A DNA stretch of 64,000 nucleotides from Escherichia coli. Its GTDB lineage: Bacteria; Pseudomonadota; Gammaproteobacteria; Enterobacterales; Enterobacteriaceae. The notes under the pieces were generated by a model. It had not been told where the DNA came from, ran no database searches, and worked only from the letters and a program-made list of their open reading frames with translations. The stretch is from assembly GCF_016026235.1 (NCBI RefSeq), contig NZ_CP065613.1. One strand, written 5' to 3'. The position numbers and the translations under genes were made by a program. Below, one piece after another: positions 1 through 11,622 of the stretch; position 1 is the first letter of the stretch, and each line of letters starts with the position of its first letter.

Positions 1-47
1 ATGTCATCCCAGTCCAGTTGTCGCCAGCGATCGCTGAAGGTTTTCAT
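1..47 (-). CDS. thiH: 2-iminoacetate synthase ThiH, N-terminal 15 codons only (gene continues beyond the window start)
   Basis: Reverse translation of 47..1 reads [15 protein letters not shown]; ATG at 47..45 overlaps the thiG stop (ATGA). Confidence 0.8.
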   Translation of the reverse strand, partial: MKTFSDRWRQLDWDD

Positions 48-814
48 GCCGATGCCTCCAGAAATCCAGTCAGCGGGCTGGTGGCATGAGCAAAATGACT
101 GCGGCTGCCCGGTCCGGACTGACGTGCCAGCAGGCCTGCTTCTACCGCCAGACGAAATGCCTTCGCCATGTTGACGGGATCGTCCGCTACGGCAATCGCC
201 GTATTCACTAACACCGCGTCGGCCCCCATTTCCAGGGCCTGCGCGGCATGGCTGGGAACGCCGATGCCAGCATCGACAACCACCGGAACTGTGGCCTGCT
301 GGATAATAATCTCCAGCATGGCACAGGTTTCCAGTCCCTGATTCGAGCCAATCGGCGCGCCGAGCGGCATCACCGCTGCACAGCCGACTTCTTCCAGACG
401 TTTACACAATACCGGATCGGCCCCGCAGTAAGGCAGCACGACAAATCCCTGTTGTACCAGCATTTCGGCGGCTTTCAGAGTTTCGATGGGATCGGGCAAC
501 AGCCAGCGGGCGTCAGGGTGAATCTCCAATTTTAGCCAGTTTGTGCCTAACGCTTCACGTGCCAGATGGGCGGCGAAAATGGCTTCTTCCGCCGTTTTCG
601 CCCCGGAAGTATTCGGCAGCAGGGTCACACCCGCCGCGATAAGCGGTTCGAGGATAGCGTCGTTGTGCTGGCGCAAGTCGACACGTTTCATCGCCAGTGT
701 CACCAGCTGGCTGCCGGAAGCGCGGATCGCCTCCATCATCAGTTGTGAAGAAGCGAATTTCCCTGTGCCGGTAAACAGATGTGAATCAAACGTTTTGTCC
801 GCAATACGTAACAT
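44..814 (-). CDS. thiG: thiazole synthase ThiG (256 aa)
   Basis: ORF 44..1072; internal Met begins [20 protein letters not shown], matching ThiG; the upstream extension in the track is an artefact. Confidence 0.93.
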   Translation of the reverse strand: MLRIADKTFDSHLFTGTGKFASSQLMMEAIRASGSQLVTLAMKRVDLRQHNDAILEPLIAAGVTLLPNTSGAKTAEEAIFAAHLAREALGTNWLKLEIHPDARWLLPDPIETLKAAEMLVQQGFVVLPYCGADPVLCKRLEEVGCAAVMPLGAPIGSNQGLETCAMLEIIIQQATVPVVVDAGIGVPSHAAQALEMGADAVLVNTAIAVADDPVNMAKAFRLAVEAGLLARQSGPGSRSHFAHATSPLTGFLEASA

Positions 815-815
815 C

Positions 816-1016
816 TCAACCCCCTGCAATAACCTGAAAAAGCAGGATCTGGTCGCCATCCTGCACGATATGTTGCGTCCACTGCTCACGCGGGACGATT
901 TGCTGATTAATCGCCAGAGCCGCGCCCGCTTGTCGTTGGTCGAGTTGCTCCAGTAGTTCGTGAACAGTTTGCCCGGCGGCGCACTGCATCGGTTGATCGT
1001 TAAACAGGATCTGCAT
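816..1016 (-). CDS. thiS: sulfur carrier protein ThiS (66 aa, C-terminal GG)
   Basis: MQILFNDQ...LLFQVIAGG; ATG at 1016 confirmed in sequence. Confidence 0.93.
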   Translation of the reverse strand: MQILFNDQPMQCAAGQTVHELLEQLDQRQAGAALAINQQIVPREQWTQHIVQDGDQILLFQVIAGG

Positions 1017-1755
1017 TGCTTCCTCCGCATACCGGGCAACCACTGGCGCGGCGCAACGCCAGGCTGCGCCACTGGCTCGATTTACCGTCGAACAGTCGGA
1101 GTTCTCCCGCAGGTGTCTCTATACCGCTTAATAACTTAATGGCTTCCAGTGCCTGCAAAGTGCCCATAACCCCGACCACCGGGCCAACCACGCCCGCCGT
1201 GCGGCAGTTGCGTTCTGGCTCCTGGTTATCTGGCCACAGGCAGCGGTAACACCCCTGCTCCCAGGGCGGCGTCAGTACCATCAACTGACCGCCAAATCCG
1301 ACCGCGCTGGCGGTGATAAGCGGCGTGTTGAGTACCACGCAGGCGGCATTAATCTCCTGGCGAGTCGCCATATTGTCGGTACAGTCGAGCACCACATCGG
1401 CCCGTGCAACCGCATCTTTTAACGCCTCACCCGTTAACCGTTGTTGTAATGCTGTCAGTTGAATGTCGGGATTCAACTGTGTCAGTCGCTGTTGGCTGAC
1501 CTGCGATTTCGGGCGATCGATATCTTCAGTGGTAAAGAGGATTTGTCGTTGCAGATTGCTTAAATGCACATCGTCGTCATCTGCCAGTACCAGCGTCCCG
1601 ACGCCAGCGCCCGCTAGGTATAGCGCAGCAGGTGTACCCAGCCCGCCAAGACCGATAATCAGCACCTGGCTGTCGAGCAGTTTTTGCTGCCCGTCAAGAG
1701 CGATATCGTCGAGCAGGATTTGGCGGCTATAACGCATAAAATCACGGTCATTCAT
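1000..1755 (-). CDS. thiF: ThiS adenylyltransferase ThiF (251 aa)
   Basis: [15 protein letters not shown]... with GLGGLG nucleotide-binding motif; 3' end overlaps the thiS start. Confidence 0.93.
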   Translation of the reverse strand: MNDRDFMRYSRQILLDDIALDGQQKLLDSQVLIIGLGGLGTPAALYLAGAGVGTLVLADDDDVHLSNLQRQILFTTEDIDRPKSQVSQQRLTQLNPDIQLTALQQRLTGEALKDAVARADVVLDCTDNMATRQEINAACVVLNTPLITASAVGFGGQLMVLTPPWEQGCYRCLWPDNQEPERNCRTAGVVGPVVGVMGTLQALEAIKLLSGIETPAGELRLFDGKSSQWRSLALRRASGCPVCGGSNADPV

Positions 1756-2382
1756 CGCCAACTCCTGCAATTTCCAGCAACTGTGCCGTTGCCAAACGCC
1801 AGTCTGCGGCTTGAGTAATGGCGCTGACGACGGCGATACTGCCGACACCCGTTGCTATCACCGCAGGCGCGCGTGCCAGACTGACACCGCCAATCGCCAC
1901 GGTGGGATAATCCGCCAGTCGCTCAACATGCCGTGCCAGCTGTTCCAGCCCCTGCGGTGCAGAAGGCATCTGTTTGGTTTGCGTCGGGAACACATGTCCC
2001 AGCGCGATATAAGAGGGGCGTGCTGCCAGCGCGACGTCGATTTCCATATCGTCATGGGTCGAAACGCCCAGCCGCAGGCCTGCCGCGCGGATGGCATTGA
2101 GATCGGTGGCTTGCAAATCTTCCTGCCCCAAATGGACGCCATACGCCTGATGCTTGATCGCGAGCCGCCAGTAATCGTTGATAAACAATCGCGCGTTATA
2201 GCGGCGGCCCAGCGCAATTGCCGCCACGACATCGGCTTCCACCTCTTCATCGCGCCGATCTTTGATGCGTAGCTGGAGAGTACGTACGCCTGCATCCAAC
2301 AGACGTTCGATCCACTGTACGCTGTCCACCACCGGGTACAGTCCTAAACGAAAAGGTACAGGAGGAAAATCAGGCTGATACA

Positions 2383-2383
<1 letters not shown>
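1748..2383 (-). CDS. thiE: thiamine-phosphate synthase ThiE (211 aa)
   Basis: [20 protein letters not shown]...; start ATG overlaps the thiC stop by 1 nt. Confidence 0.93.
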
Positions 2384-4281
<1,898 letters not shown>

Positions 4282-4329
4282 TCATTCCAAAAAGTTAAGG
4301 ACGTGGCTTGTCAGACGACGGATGAAGCA

Positions 4330-4450
4330 AGAGACGATCGCCGCAAAGGCGATGCGATAGCAGATTAACTCTTGTTCCCTTCGCAGGTATTAGCCTGATC
4401 AGGTTCCGCGGATCCCGAATAAACGGTCTCAGCCAGTTAAGGCACTCCGA
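4330..4450 (-). promoter_or_regulatory. TPP (thi-box) riboswitch in the thiC leader
   Basis: Reverse strand contains CTGAGA ... ACCTGATCAGGCTAATACCTGCGAAGGGAAC, the conserved thi-box core, directly upstream of thiC. Confidence 0.8.
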
Positions 4451-4511
4451 CAAGAAATTAGCCCCCACAAACGGGGCGTTGAATGTAAATTACGCGTTAA
4501 CAGCGCAGAAC

Positions 4512-4988
4512 TCAAGCAGGATGTTTGACGCGGGCGGCGTCAAGCACCAGCAGAATCAGCTTATCTTCCAGCACAAAGCGCGCTTCCAGCGCCTCGCCGA
4601 TGTCAGATAAAACCTGTTGAAACTCAAGGTAATTATCATGATCGATGGCGGTTTCCAGGCTGGAATCGTAGTAATCCATAATCTGTTGGGTATTGGCTTC
4701 GAGTTGCGGCCAAATCTTCGCGGCGCGCGCGAGTTGCCCGTTGCCTTCCAGCTTATGAAGAATGCGCTCATAAATACTGAAATGCCCGGCAGACAAGTAA
4801 TCGACCAGGCTCTGACAAAAATCATCAAGGGCTTTTTCGTTTAGCCTCATGTACGATTCTTTGCCAGGCTTAATGCCAACCAGATTGTAGTAAGCCACGA
4901 GCAGATGCTTACGTACATGTAGCCAGCGATCAACCAGTTTGTTACTTCCTCTGACGCGCTCCGTCAGGTTATCGAGCTGGTTAAGCAT
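4512..4988 (-). CDS. rsd: regulator of sigma D, Rsd (158 aa)
   Basis: MLNQLDNLTERVRGSNKLVDRWLHVRKHLLVAYYNLVG... Confidence 0.93.
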   Translation of the reverse strand: MLNQLDNLTERVRGSNKLVDRWLHVRKHLLVAYYNLVGIKPGKESYMRLNEKALDDFCQSLVDYLSAGHFSIYERILHKLEGNGQLARAAKIWPQLEANTQQIMDYYDSSLETAIDHDNYLEFQQVLSDIGEALEARFVLEDKLILLVLDAARVKHPA

Positions 4989-5082
4989 GATTGACTCCGC
5001 AAGTTTGTATTCAAAAACTGCTCAGTGAGAAATGTAAAAACCATGTTAAACATGCCAGTGATGCAAAGGTAGTGCAAGAGCT

Positions 5083-5856
5083 ATGGATCGTATAATTGAA
5101 AAATTAGATCACGGCTGGTGGGTCGTCAGCCATGAACAAAAATTATGGTTGCCGAAGGGAGAATTGCCATATGGCGAAGCGGCAAATTTCGATCTTGTGG
5201 GTCAGCGCGCACTACAAATCGGCGAATGGCAGGGGGAACCTGTTTGGTTAGTACAACAGCAGCGGCGTCACGATATGGGGTCGGTACGTCAGGTCATTGA
5301 TCTCGATGTTGGGCTGTTTCAACTGGCCGGACGAGGCGTACAACTGGCGGAGTTTTACCGATCGCATAAATACTGTGGTTACTGCGGGCATGAAATGTAT
5401 CCGAGCAAAACCGAATGGGCGATGCTGTGCAGCCATTGCCGTGAGCGTTACTACCCGCAAATCGCCCCCTGCATTATTGTTGCCATCCGTCGCGATGATT
5501 CGATCCTCCTCGCCCAGCATACCCGCCATCGTAACGGTGTCCATACAGTACTTGCCGGATTCGTCGAAGTGGGCGAAACCCTCGAGCAGGCAGTCGCGCG
5601 GGAAGTGATGGAAGAGAGCGGAATTAAAGTTAAAAACTTGCGTTACGTGACTTCTCAGCCGTGGCCGTTTCCTCAGTCTTTAATGACCGCGTTTATGGCG
5701 GAATATGACAGCGGCGACATCGTGATCGACCCGAAAGAATTGCTCGAGGCGAACTGGTATCGCTATGACGATTTGCCGTTACTCCCGCCGCCCGGCACCG
5801 TAGCGCGCCGTCTGATAGAAGATACGGTGGCGATGTGTCGGGCAGAGTATGAGTGA
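5083..5856 (+). CDS. nudC: NADH pyrophosphatase / RNA decapping Nudix hydrolase NudC (257 aa)
   Basis: [22 protein letters not shown]..., zinc-ribbon CGYCGH...CSHC, Nudix box. Confidence 0.93.
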
Positions 5857-5895
5857 TGATACACTGACCGCCTGACGCACTAAGGAACAGCCAAA

Positions 5896-6960
5896 ATGAC
5901 CGAACTTAAAAACGATCGTTATCTGCGGGCGCTGCTGCGCCAGCCCGTTGATGTCACTCCAGTATGGATGATGCGCCAGGCGGGTCGCTATCTACCGGAA
6001 TATAAAGCCACGCGCGCCCAGGCAGGCGATTTTATGTCGCTGTGCAAAAACGCCGAGCTGGCGTGCGAAGTGACTTTGCAACCGCTGCGTCGCTACCCGC
6101 TGGATGCGGCGATCCTCTTTTCCGATATCCTCACCGTGCCGGACGCGATGGGGTTAGGGCTCTATTTTGAAGCCGGAGAAGGTCCGCGTTTTACCTCGCC
6201 AGTCACCTGCAAAGCCGACGTCGATAAACTGCCAATTCCGGACCCGGAAGATGAACTGGGTTACGTGATGAACGCGGTGCGTACCATTCGTCGCGAACTG
6301 AAAGGCGAAGTGCCGCTGATTGGTTTTTCCGGCAGCCCGTGGACGCTGGCGACCTACATGGTGGAAGGCGGCAGCAGCAAAGCCTTCACCGTGATCAAAA
6401 AAATGATGTATGCCGATCCGCAGGCGCTGCACGCTCTGCTCGATAAACTGGCGAAAAGCGTCACTTTGTATCTGAATGCGCAGATTAAAGCCGGTGCTCA
6501 GGCAGTGATGATTTTCGACACCTGGGGCGGCGTGCTTACCGGGCGCGATTATCAACAGTTCTCGCTCTATTACATGCATAAAATTGTTGATGGTTTACTG
6601 CGTGAAAACGACGGTCGCCGCGTACCGGTCACGCTGTTTACCAAAGGCGGCGGACAGTGGCTGGAAGCGATGGCGGAAACCGGTTGCGATGCGCTGGGCC
6701 TCGACTGGACAACGGACATCGCCGATGCGCGCCGCCGTGTGGGCAATAAAGTCGCGTTGCAGGGTAATATGGATCCATCGATGCTATACGCGCCGCCAGC
6801 CCGCATTGAAGAAGAAGTCGCGACTATACTTGCAGGTTTCGGTCACGGCGAAGGTCATGTCTTTAACCTTGGTCACGGCATTCATCAGGATGTGCCGCCA
6901 GAACATGCTGGCGTGTTTGTGGAGGCAGTGCATCGACTGTCTGAACAGTATCACCGCTAA
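5896..6960 (+). CDS. hemE: uroporphyrinogen decarboxylase HemE (354 aa)
   Basis: [36 protein letters not shown]... Confidence 0.95.
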   Translation: MTELKNDRYLRALLRQPVDVTPVWMMRQAGRYLPEYKATRAQAGDFMSLCKNAELACEVTLQPLRRYPLDAAILFSDILTVPDAMGLGLYFEAGEGPRFTSPVTCKADVDKLPIPDPEDELGYVMNAVRTIRRELKGEVPLIGFSGSPWTLATYMVEGGSSKAFTVIKKMMYADPQALHALLDKLAKSVTLYLNAQIKAGAQAVMIFDTWGGVLTGRDYQQFSLYYMHKIVDGLLRENDGRRVPVTLFTKGGGQWLEAMAETGCDALGLDWTTDIADARRRVGNKVALQGNMDPSMLYAPPARIEEEVATILAGFGHGEGHVFNLGHGIHQDVPPEHAGVFVEAVHRLSEQYHR

Positions 6961-6961
6961 G

Positions 6962-6989
6962 AGCCTGGTCCATCAGGCTATTTTATTTG
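6962..6989 (+). terminator. rho-independent terminator after hemE
   Basis: Hairpin AGCCTGgtccatCAGGCT followed by ATTTTATTTG. Confidence 0.6.
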
Positions 6990-7115
6990 CCATTTTGAGG
7001 CCGGGCAGTGCTCAAAATCCTCACGTACTACGTGTACGCTCCGGTTTTTCCGCCTGTCCGGCCTCAAACTGCCTTCAACAATTACGCCTGTTGAACCAGG
7101 CTCTAAGGAGCGATT

Positions 7116-7787
7116 ATGGATCTCGCGTCATTACGCGCTCAACAAATCGAACTGGCTTCTTCTGTGATCCGAGAGGATCGACTCGATAAAGATCCACCGG
7201 ATCTGATCGCCGGAGCCGATGTCGGGTTTGAGCAGGGCGGAGAAGTGACGCGAGCGGCGATGGTGCTGCTGAAATACCCCTCGCTTGAGCTGGTGGAGTA
7301 TAAAGTGGCCCGCATCGCCACCACCATGCCTTACATTCCAGGTTTTCTTTCCTTCCGCGAATATCCTGCGCTGCTGGCAGCGTGGGAGATGCTGTCACAA
7401 AAGCCGGATTTAGTGTTTGTCGATGGTCATGGGATCTCGCATCCTCGCCGTCTTGGCGTTGCCAGCCATTTTGGTTTGCTGGTGGATGTGCCGACCATTG
7501 GCGTAGCGAAAAAACGACTATGCGGTAAATTCGAACCGCTCTCCAGCGAACCGGGCGCGCTGGCCCCACTGATGGATAAAGGCGAGCAGCTGGCCTGGGT
7601 CTGGCGCAGCAAAGCGCGCTGTAACCCGTTGTTTATCGCTACCGGCCATCGGGTCAGCGTGGACAGCGCGCTGGCGTGGGTACAACGCTGCATGAAAGGC
7701 TATCGTCTGCCGGAGCCAACGCGCTGGGCGGACGCGGTGGCCTCGGAACGTCCGGCGTTCGTGCGCTATACAGCAAATCAGCCCTAA
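7116..7787 (+). CDS. nfi: endonuclease V (223 aa)
   Basis: [38 protein letters not shown]... Confidence 0.93.
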
Positions 7788-7829
7788 TTCAGGTAAACTG
7801 CGGGTAATTTCCGTATTTGAGAACTCAAC

Positions 7830-8420
7830 ATGTTACAAAACCCAATTCATCTGCGTCTGGAGCGCCTGGAAAGCTGGCAGCATGTCACTTTCATGGCTTG
7901 CTTATGCGAACGCATGTACCCCAATTACGCCATGTTCTGCCAGCAAACCGGTTTTGGTGATGGGCAAATTTACCGTCGTATTCTCGATCTCATCTGGGAA
8001 ACGCTGACCGTTAAAGACGCAAAAGTAAATTTCGACAGCCAACTGGAGAAATTTGAAGAAGCGATTCCTTCAGCCGACGATTTCGATCTGTACGGTGTTT
8101 ATCCGGCAATCGATGCCTGCGTGGCGTTAAGTGAACTGGTCCATTCGCGTTTGAGTGGTGAAACGCTCGAACACGCGGTAGAAGTGAGTAAGACCTCCAT
8201 CACGACCGTTGTGATGCTGGAAATGACTCAGGCTGGTCGCGAAATGAGCGATGAAGAGCTCAAAGAAAACCCAGCTGTAGAGCAAGAATGGGACATTCAG
8301 TGGGAAATATTCCGACTTTTAGCTGAGTGCGAAGAACGCGATATCGAGCTGATAAAAGGCCTTAGGGCAGACCTGCGTGAGGCGGGTGAGAGCAATATTG
8401 GTATAATTTTTCAGCAATAA
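7830..8420 (+). CDS. yjaG: DUF416-family protein YjaG (196 aa)
   Basis: MLQNPIHLRLERLESWQHVTFMACLCERMYPNYAMF... Confidence 0.9.
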   Translation: MLQNPIHLRLERLESWQHVTFMACLCERMYPNYAMFCQQTGFGDGQIYRRILDLIWETLTVKDAKVNFDSQLEKFEEAIPSADDFDLYGVYPAIDACVALSELVHSRLSGETLEHAVEVSKTSITTVVMLEMTQAGREMSDEELKENPAVEQEWDIQWEIFRLLAECEERDIELIKGLRADLREAGESNIGIIFQQ

Positions 8421-8606
8421 GACCAGAAAACGTGATTTAACGCCTGATTTGTCGTACCTGGAGTCTTCCCTTTCGCCCCCCGTCTGGTCTACATTTGGGG
8501 GGCGAAAAAAAGTGGCTATCGGTGCGTGTATGCAGGAGAGTGCTATTCTGGCATTTCCGTCGCACTCGATGCTTAGCAAGCGATAAACACATTGTAAGGA
8601 TAACTT

Positions 8607-8879
8607 ATGAACAAGACTCAACTGATTGATGTAATTGCAGAGAAAGCAGAACTGTCCAAAACCCAGGCTAAAGCTGCTCTGGAGTCCACTCTGGCTGCAA
8701 TTACTGAGTCTCTGAAAGAAGGCGATGCTGTACAACTGGTTGGTTTCGGTACCTTCAAAGTGAACCACCGCGCTGAGCGTACTGGCCGCAACCCGCAGAC
8801 CGGTAAAGAAATCAAAATTGCCGCAGCTAACGTACCGGCATTTGTTTCTGGCAAGGCACTGAAAGACGCAGTTAAGTAA
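8607..8879 (+). CDS. hupA: DNA-binding protein HU-alpha (90 aa)
   Basis: [90 protein letters not shown]. Confidence 0.96.
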
Positions 8880-8891
8880 GATTGCGTGGCA

Positions 8892-9587
8892 GTGAACAGT
8901 TTTAACGAAGGGGTGGTTTCACCCCTTTTGTCTTTCTGGCGTCGATCATTGATGCTGGCAGGTGCGCTGTTTCTCACTGCCTGTAGCCACAACTCTTCAC
9001 TTCCTCCCTTTACCGCCAGTGGATTTGCTGAAGACCAGGGCGCGGTACGCATCTGGCGAAAAGACAGCGGCGATAATGTGCATCTTCTTGCCGTGTTTAG
9101 CCCGTGGCGCAGTGGCGATACCACGACGCGAGAGTATCGCTGGCAGGGCGATAACCTCACGCTCATCAATATCAATGTTTACAGCAAACCGCCGGTGAAC
9201 ATTCGTGCGCGTTTTGACGATCGCGGTGATCTGAGCTTTATGCAACGTGAATCCGATGGGGAAAAGCAGCAGCTTTCTAACGACCAAATCGATTTATACC
9301 GTTATCGTGCTGATCAGATCCGCCAGATTAGCGATGCCTTACGTCAGGGGAGAGTCGTGCTGCGCCAGGGTCGCTGGCATGCGATGGAACAGACCGTGAC
9401 CACCTGCGAAGGGCAAACCATTAAACCTGATTTAGATTCGCAGGCGATAGCGCATATCGAGCGCCGCCAGAGCCGCTCTTCTGTTGATGTCAGCGTGGCA
9501 TGGCTGGAAGCGCCCGAAGGTTCGCAATTACTGTTGGTGGCAAACTCTGATTTCTGTCGCTGGCAACCCAACGAGAAAACGTTCTGA
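8892..9587 (+). CDS. yjaH: DUF1481-family putative lipoprotein YjaH; GTG at 8892 gives the K-12-style 231 aa product, ATG at 8952 is the biologically more plausible start
   Basis: ORF 8886..9587; MLAGALFLTAC lipobox begins at 8952; the hupA terminator lies inside the longer reading. Confidence 0.85.
   Translation: MNSFNEGVVSPLLSFWRRSLMLAGALFLTACSHNSSLPPFTASGFAEDQGAVRIWRKDSGDNVHLLAVFSPWRSGDTTTREYRWQGDNLTLININVYSKPPVNIRARFDDRGDLSFMQRESDGEKQQLSNDQIDLYRYRADQIRQISDALRQGRVVLRQGRWHAMEQTVTTCEGQTIKPDLDSQAIAHIERRQSRSSVDVSVAWLEAPEGSQLLLVANSDFCRWQPNEKTF
8909..8936 (+). terminator. rho-independent terminator after hupA
   Basis: Hairpin AGGGGTGgtttCACCCCT followed by TTTGTCTTTCT. Confidence 0.65.
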
Positions 9588-9588
9588 T

Positions 9589-10008
9589 TTACCAGTGGCC
9601 CATACCCATATGACCGCCACCACCGCAGCCGCCGTAACCCATTCCGGTACCGCGCGGAATACCCGCTTCAGCCATCGCAATATCTCGTTTCACCCGTAAC
9701 TCATCTAACGACTGACGCAAATTCTCCATCTCTTTGGCGACCGCGTTAATTTTGCTGCTATCCGGTGGGTTCGCGGCTAACAGGGCATTGTATTCATAAC
9801 GCTTCGTCACCAGTTGCTGTTGCAGTGCGCTGCTTTGAGCGTAAAAGTCATTATGGATTTTCTGCCACGCTGTCTGTTGTTCGCTGGTCAAAGGCGCGGC
9901 ATTTTGCTGCCACATACCGTGTCCGCCGTGAGCAAATGCCGATGTCGATCCCATCGCCATTGCTGAAAGCGCCATCATCACCAGGGCAATTTTCGTGTTC
10001 CGTTTCAT
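9589..10008 (-). CDS. zraP: zinc-resistance-associated periplasmic protein ZraP (139 aa, Gly/His-rich C-terminus)
   Basis: MKRNTKIALVMMALSAMAMGSTSAFAHGGHGMWQQ...; ATG at 10008 confirmed; upstream track extension is artefact. Confidence 0.9.
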   Translation of the reverse strand: MKRNTKIALVMMALSAMAMGSTSAFAHGGHGMWQQNAAPLTSEQQTAWQKIHNDFYAQSSALQQQLVTKRYEYNALLAANPPDSSKINAVAKEMENLRQSLDELRVKRDIAMAEAGIPRGTGMGYGGCGGGGHMGMGHW

Positions 10009-10042
10009 GGTTAATCCTCCAGTGGTTGTCTTACTTCGGGTA

Positions 10043-10060
10043 TTGCATCTTCCGTGCCAA
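10043..10060 (-). promoter_or_regulatory. sigma54 (-24/-12) promoter of zraP
   Basis: Reverse strand TTGGCACGGAAGATGCAA: GG and GC elements separated by 10 nt. Confidence 0.7.
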
Positions 10061-10101
10061 CGATGAAACGCTGATATGACGGGTAATCTGGCATGATAAA
10101 C

Positions 10102-10147
10102 GAGTAAAAATGACTCGCCTGCTGCGGGTAGCGAGTCATTTTTACTC
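10102..10147. promoter_or_regulatory. ZraR enhancer: 17-bp perfect inverted repeat between the divergent zraP and zraSR promoters
   Basis: GAGTAAAAATGACTCGC-N12-GCGAGTCATTTTTACTC. Confidence 0.75.
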
Positions 10148-10198
10148 ATTGAAACTTAAGCCTTTGTGTTACAGCGCAGGGTAAGCGCTGATAAAAGA

Positions 10199-10214
10199 TG
10201 GCATGATTTCTGCT
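10199..10214 (+). promoter_or_regulatory. sigma54 promoter of zraSR
   Basis: TGGCATGATTTCTGCT with GG/GC spacing of 10 nt, ~30 nt upstream of the zraS ATG. Confidence 0.65.
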
Positions 10215-10245
10215 GTCAGAAAGGGATGAGCAGGCAAAGAAGAAG

Positions 10246-11622
10246 ATGCGTTTTATGCAACGTTCTAAAGACTCCTTAGCTAAATGGTTAAGCGCGATCC
10301 TCCCCGTGGTCATTGTTGGGCTGGTGGGGCTGTTTGCGGTGACGGTGATTCGCGATTATGGGCGCGAGACTGCCGCCGCCAGACAAACGCTGCTGGAAAA
10401 AGGCAGTGTACTTATTCGCGCTCTTGAATCCGGCTCGCGCGTCGGCATGGGGATGCGCATGCATCATGCGCAGCAGCAGGCCTTACTGGAAGAAATGGCC
10501 GGGCAGCCTGGTGTACGTTGGTTTGCGGTCACGGATGAACAAGGAACAATCGTGATGCATAGCAACTCCGGCATGGTGGGAAAACAGCTTTATTCCCCGC
10601 AGGAAATGCAGCAGTTACATCTGGGAGATGAAGAAGCGTGGCGGCGGATCGATAGCGCAGACGGTGAGCCTGTTCTGGAAATTTATCGCCAGTTTCAACC
10701 GATGTTTGCTGCTGGAATGCACCGGATGCGCCATATGCAGCAGTATGCCGCGACACCACAAGCAATTTTCATCGCTTTCGACGCCAGTAATATTGTGAGT
10801 GCCGAAGATCGTGAGCAGAGAAACACCCTGATTATCCTCTTCGCCCTGGCGACGGTCTTGCTGGCAAGCGTGTTGTCATTCTTCTGGTATCGCCGCTATC
10901 TGCGCTCGCGCCAGCTGTTGCAGGATGAAATGAAGCGCAAAGAGAAGTTGGTGGCACTGGGGCATCTTGCGGCAGGTGTTGCCCACGAAATCCGTAACCC
11001 ACTTTCCTCGATTAAAGGACTGGCGAAATACTTTGCCGAGCGCGCGCCTGCAGGGGGAGAAGCGCATCAACTGGCGCAGGTGATGGCGAAAGAAGCTGAC
11101 CGCTTAAACCGCGTGGTAAGCGAGCTGCTGGAACTGGTTAAGCCAACGCATCTGGCTTTGCAGGCGGTGGATCTCAACACGCTGATTAACCACTCATTAC
11201 AGCTGGTAAGCCAGGATGCAAACAGCCGGGAGATCCAGTTACGCTTTACCGCCAACGACACATTACCGGAAATTCAGGCCGATCCGGACAGGCTGACTCA
11301 GGTCCTGTTGAATCTCTATCTCAATGCTATTCAGGCGATTGGTCAGCATGGCGTGATTAGCGTGACGGCCAGCGAAAGCGGCGCGGGCGTGAAAATCAGC
11401 GTTACCGACAGCGGTAAGGGAATTGCGGCAGATCAGCTTGAAGCCATCTTCACTCCGTACTTCACCACCAAAGCCGAAGGCACCGGATTGGGGCTGGCGG
11501 TCGTGCATAATATTGTTGAACAACACGGTGGTACAATTCAGGTCGCAAGCCAGGAGGGAAAAGGCTCAACGTTCACCCTCTGGCTTCCGGTCAATATTAC
11601 GCGTAAGGACCCACAAGGATGA
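10246..11622 (+). CDS. zraS: sensor histidine kinase ZraS (458 aa)
   Basis: Two TM segments and periplasmic domain, then HisKA (LGHLAAGVAHEIRNPL) and HATPase_c (GTGLGLAVV) motifs. Confidence 0.92.
   Translation: MRFMQRSKDSLAKWLSAILPVVIVGLVGLFAVTVIRDYGRETAAARQTLLEKGSVLIRALESGSRVGMGMRMHHAQQQALLEEMAGQPGVRWFAVTDEQGTIVMHSNSGMVGKQLYSPQEMQQLHLGDEEAWRRIDSADGEPVLEIYRQFQPMFAAGMHRMRHMQQYAATPQAIFIAFDASNIVSAEDREQRNTLIILFALATVLLASVLSFFWYRRYLRSRQLLQDEMKRKEKLVALGHLAAGVAHEIRNPLSSIKGLAKYFAERAPAGGEAHQLAQVMAKEADRLNRVVSELLELVKPTHLALQAVDLNTLINHSLQLVSQDANSREIQLRFTANDTLPEIQADPDRLTQVLLNLYLNAIQAIGQHGVISVTASESGAGVKISVTDSGKGIAADQLEAIFTPYFTTKAEGTGLGLAVVHNIVEQHGGTIQVASQEGKGSTFTLWLPVNITRKDPQG

Noticed and set aside
44-1072. 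N-terminally extended ORF-track versions (thiG 342 aa; also thiF, thiE, zraP, aceB, aceA, iclR, psiE, malK, sorC, sorE, sorM, malF)
   Set aside because: The track takes the most upstream start; the conserved protein N-termini and RBS positions place the true starts at internal ATG/GTG codons as given in the features.
8474-8511. G/C-rich inverted repeat CGCCCCCC-N15-GGGGGGCG followed by A7 upstream of hupA
   Set aside because: Not followed by a U-run on either strand, so not a canonical terminator; function cannot be assigned from sequence.
8618-9175. 185-aa minus-strand ORF spanning hupA and yjaH
   Set aside because: Antisense to two conserved genes and crosses the hupA terminator; no independent support.
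10246-11622. Possible divergence of the ZraS periplasmic sensor domain from K-12
   Set aside because: I cannot recall the K-12 sensor-domain sequence reliably enough to call a difference; needs a real alignment.
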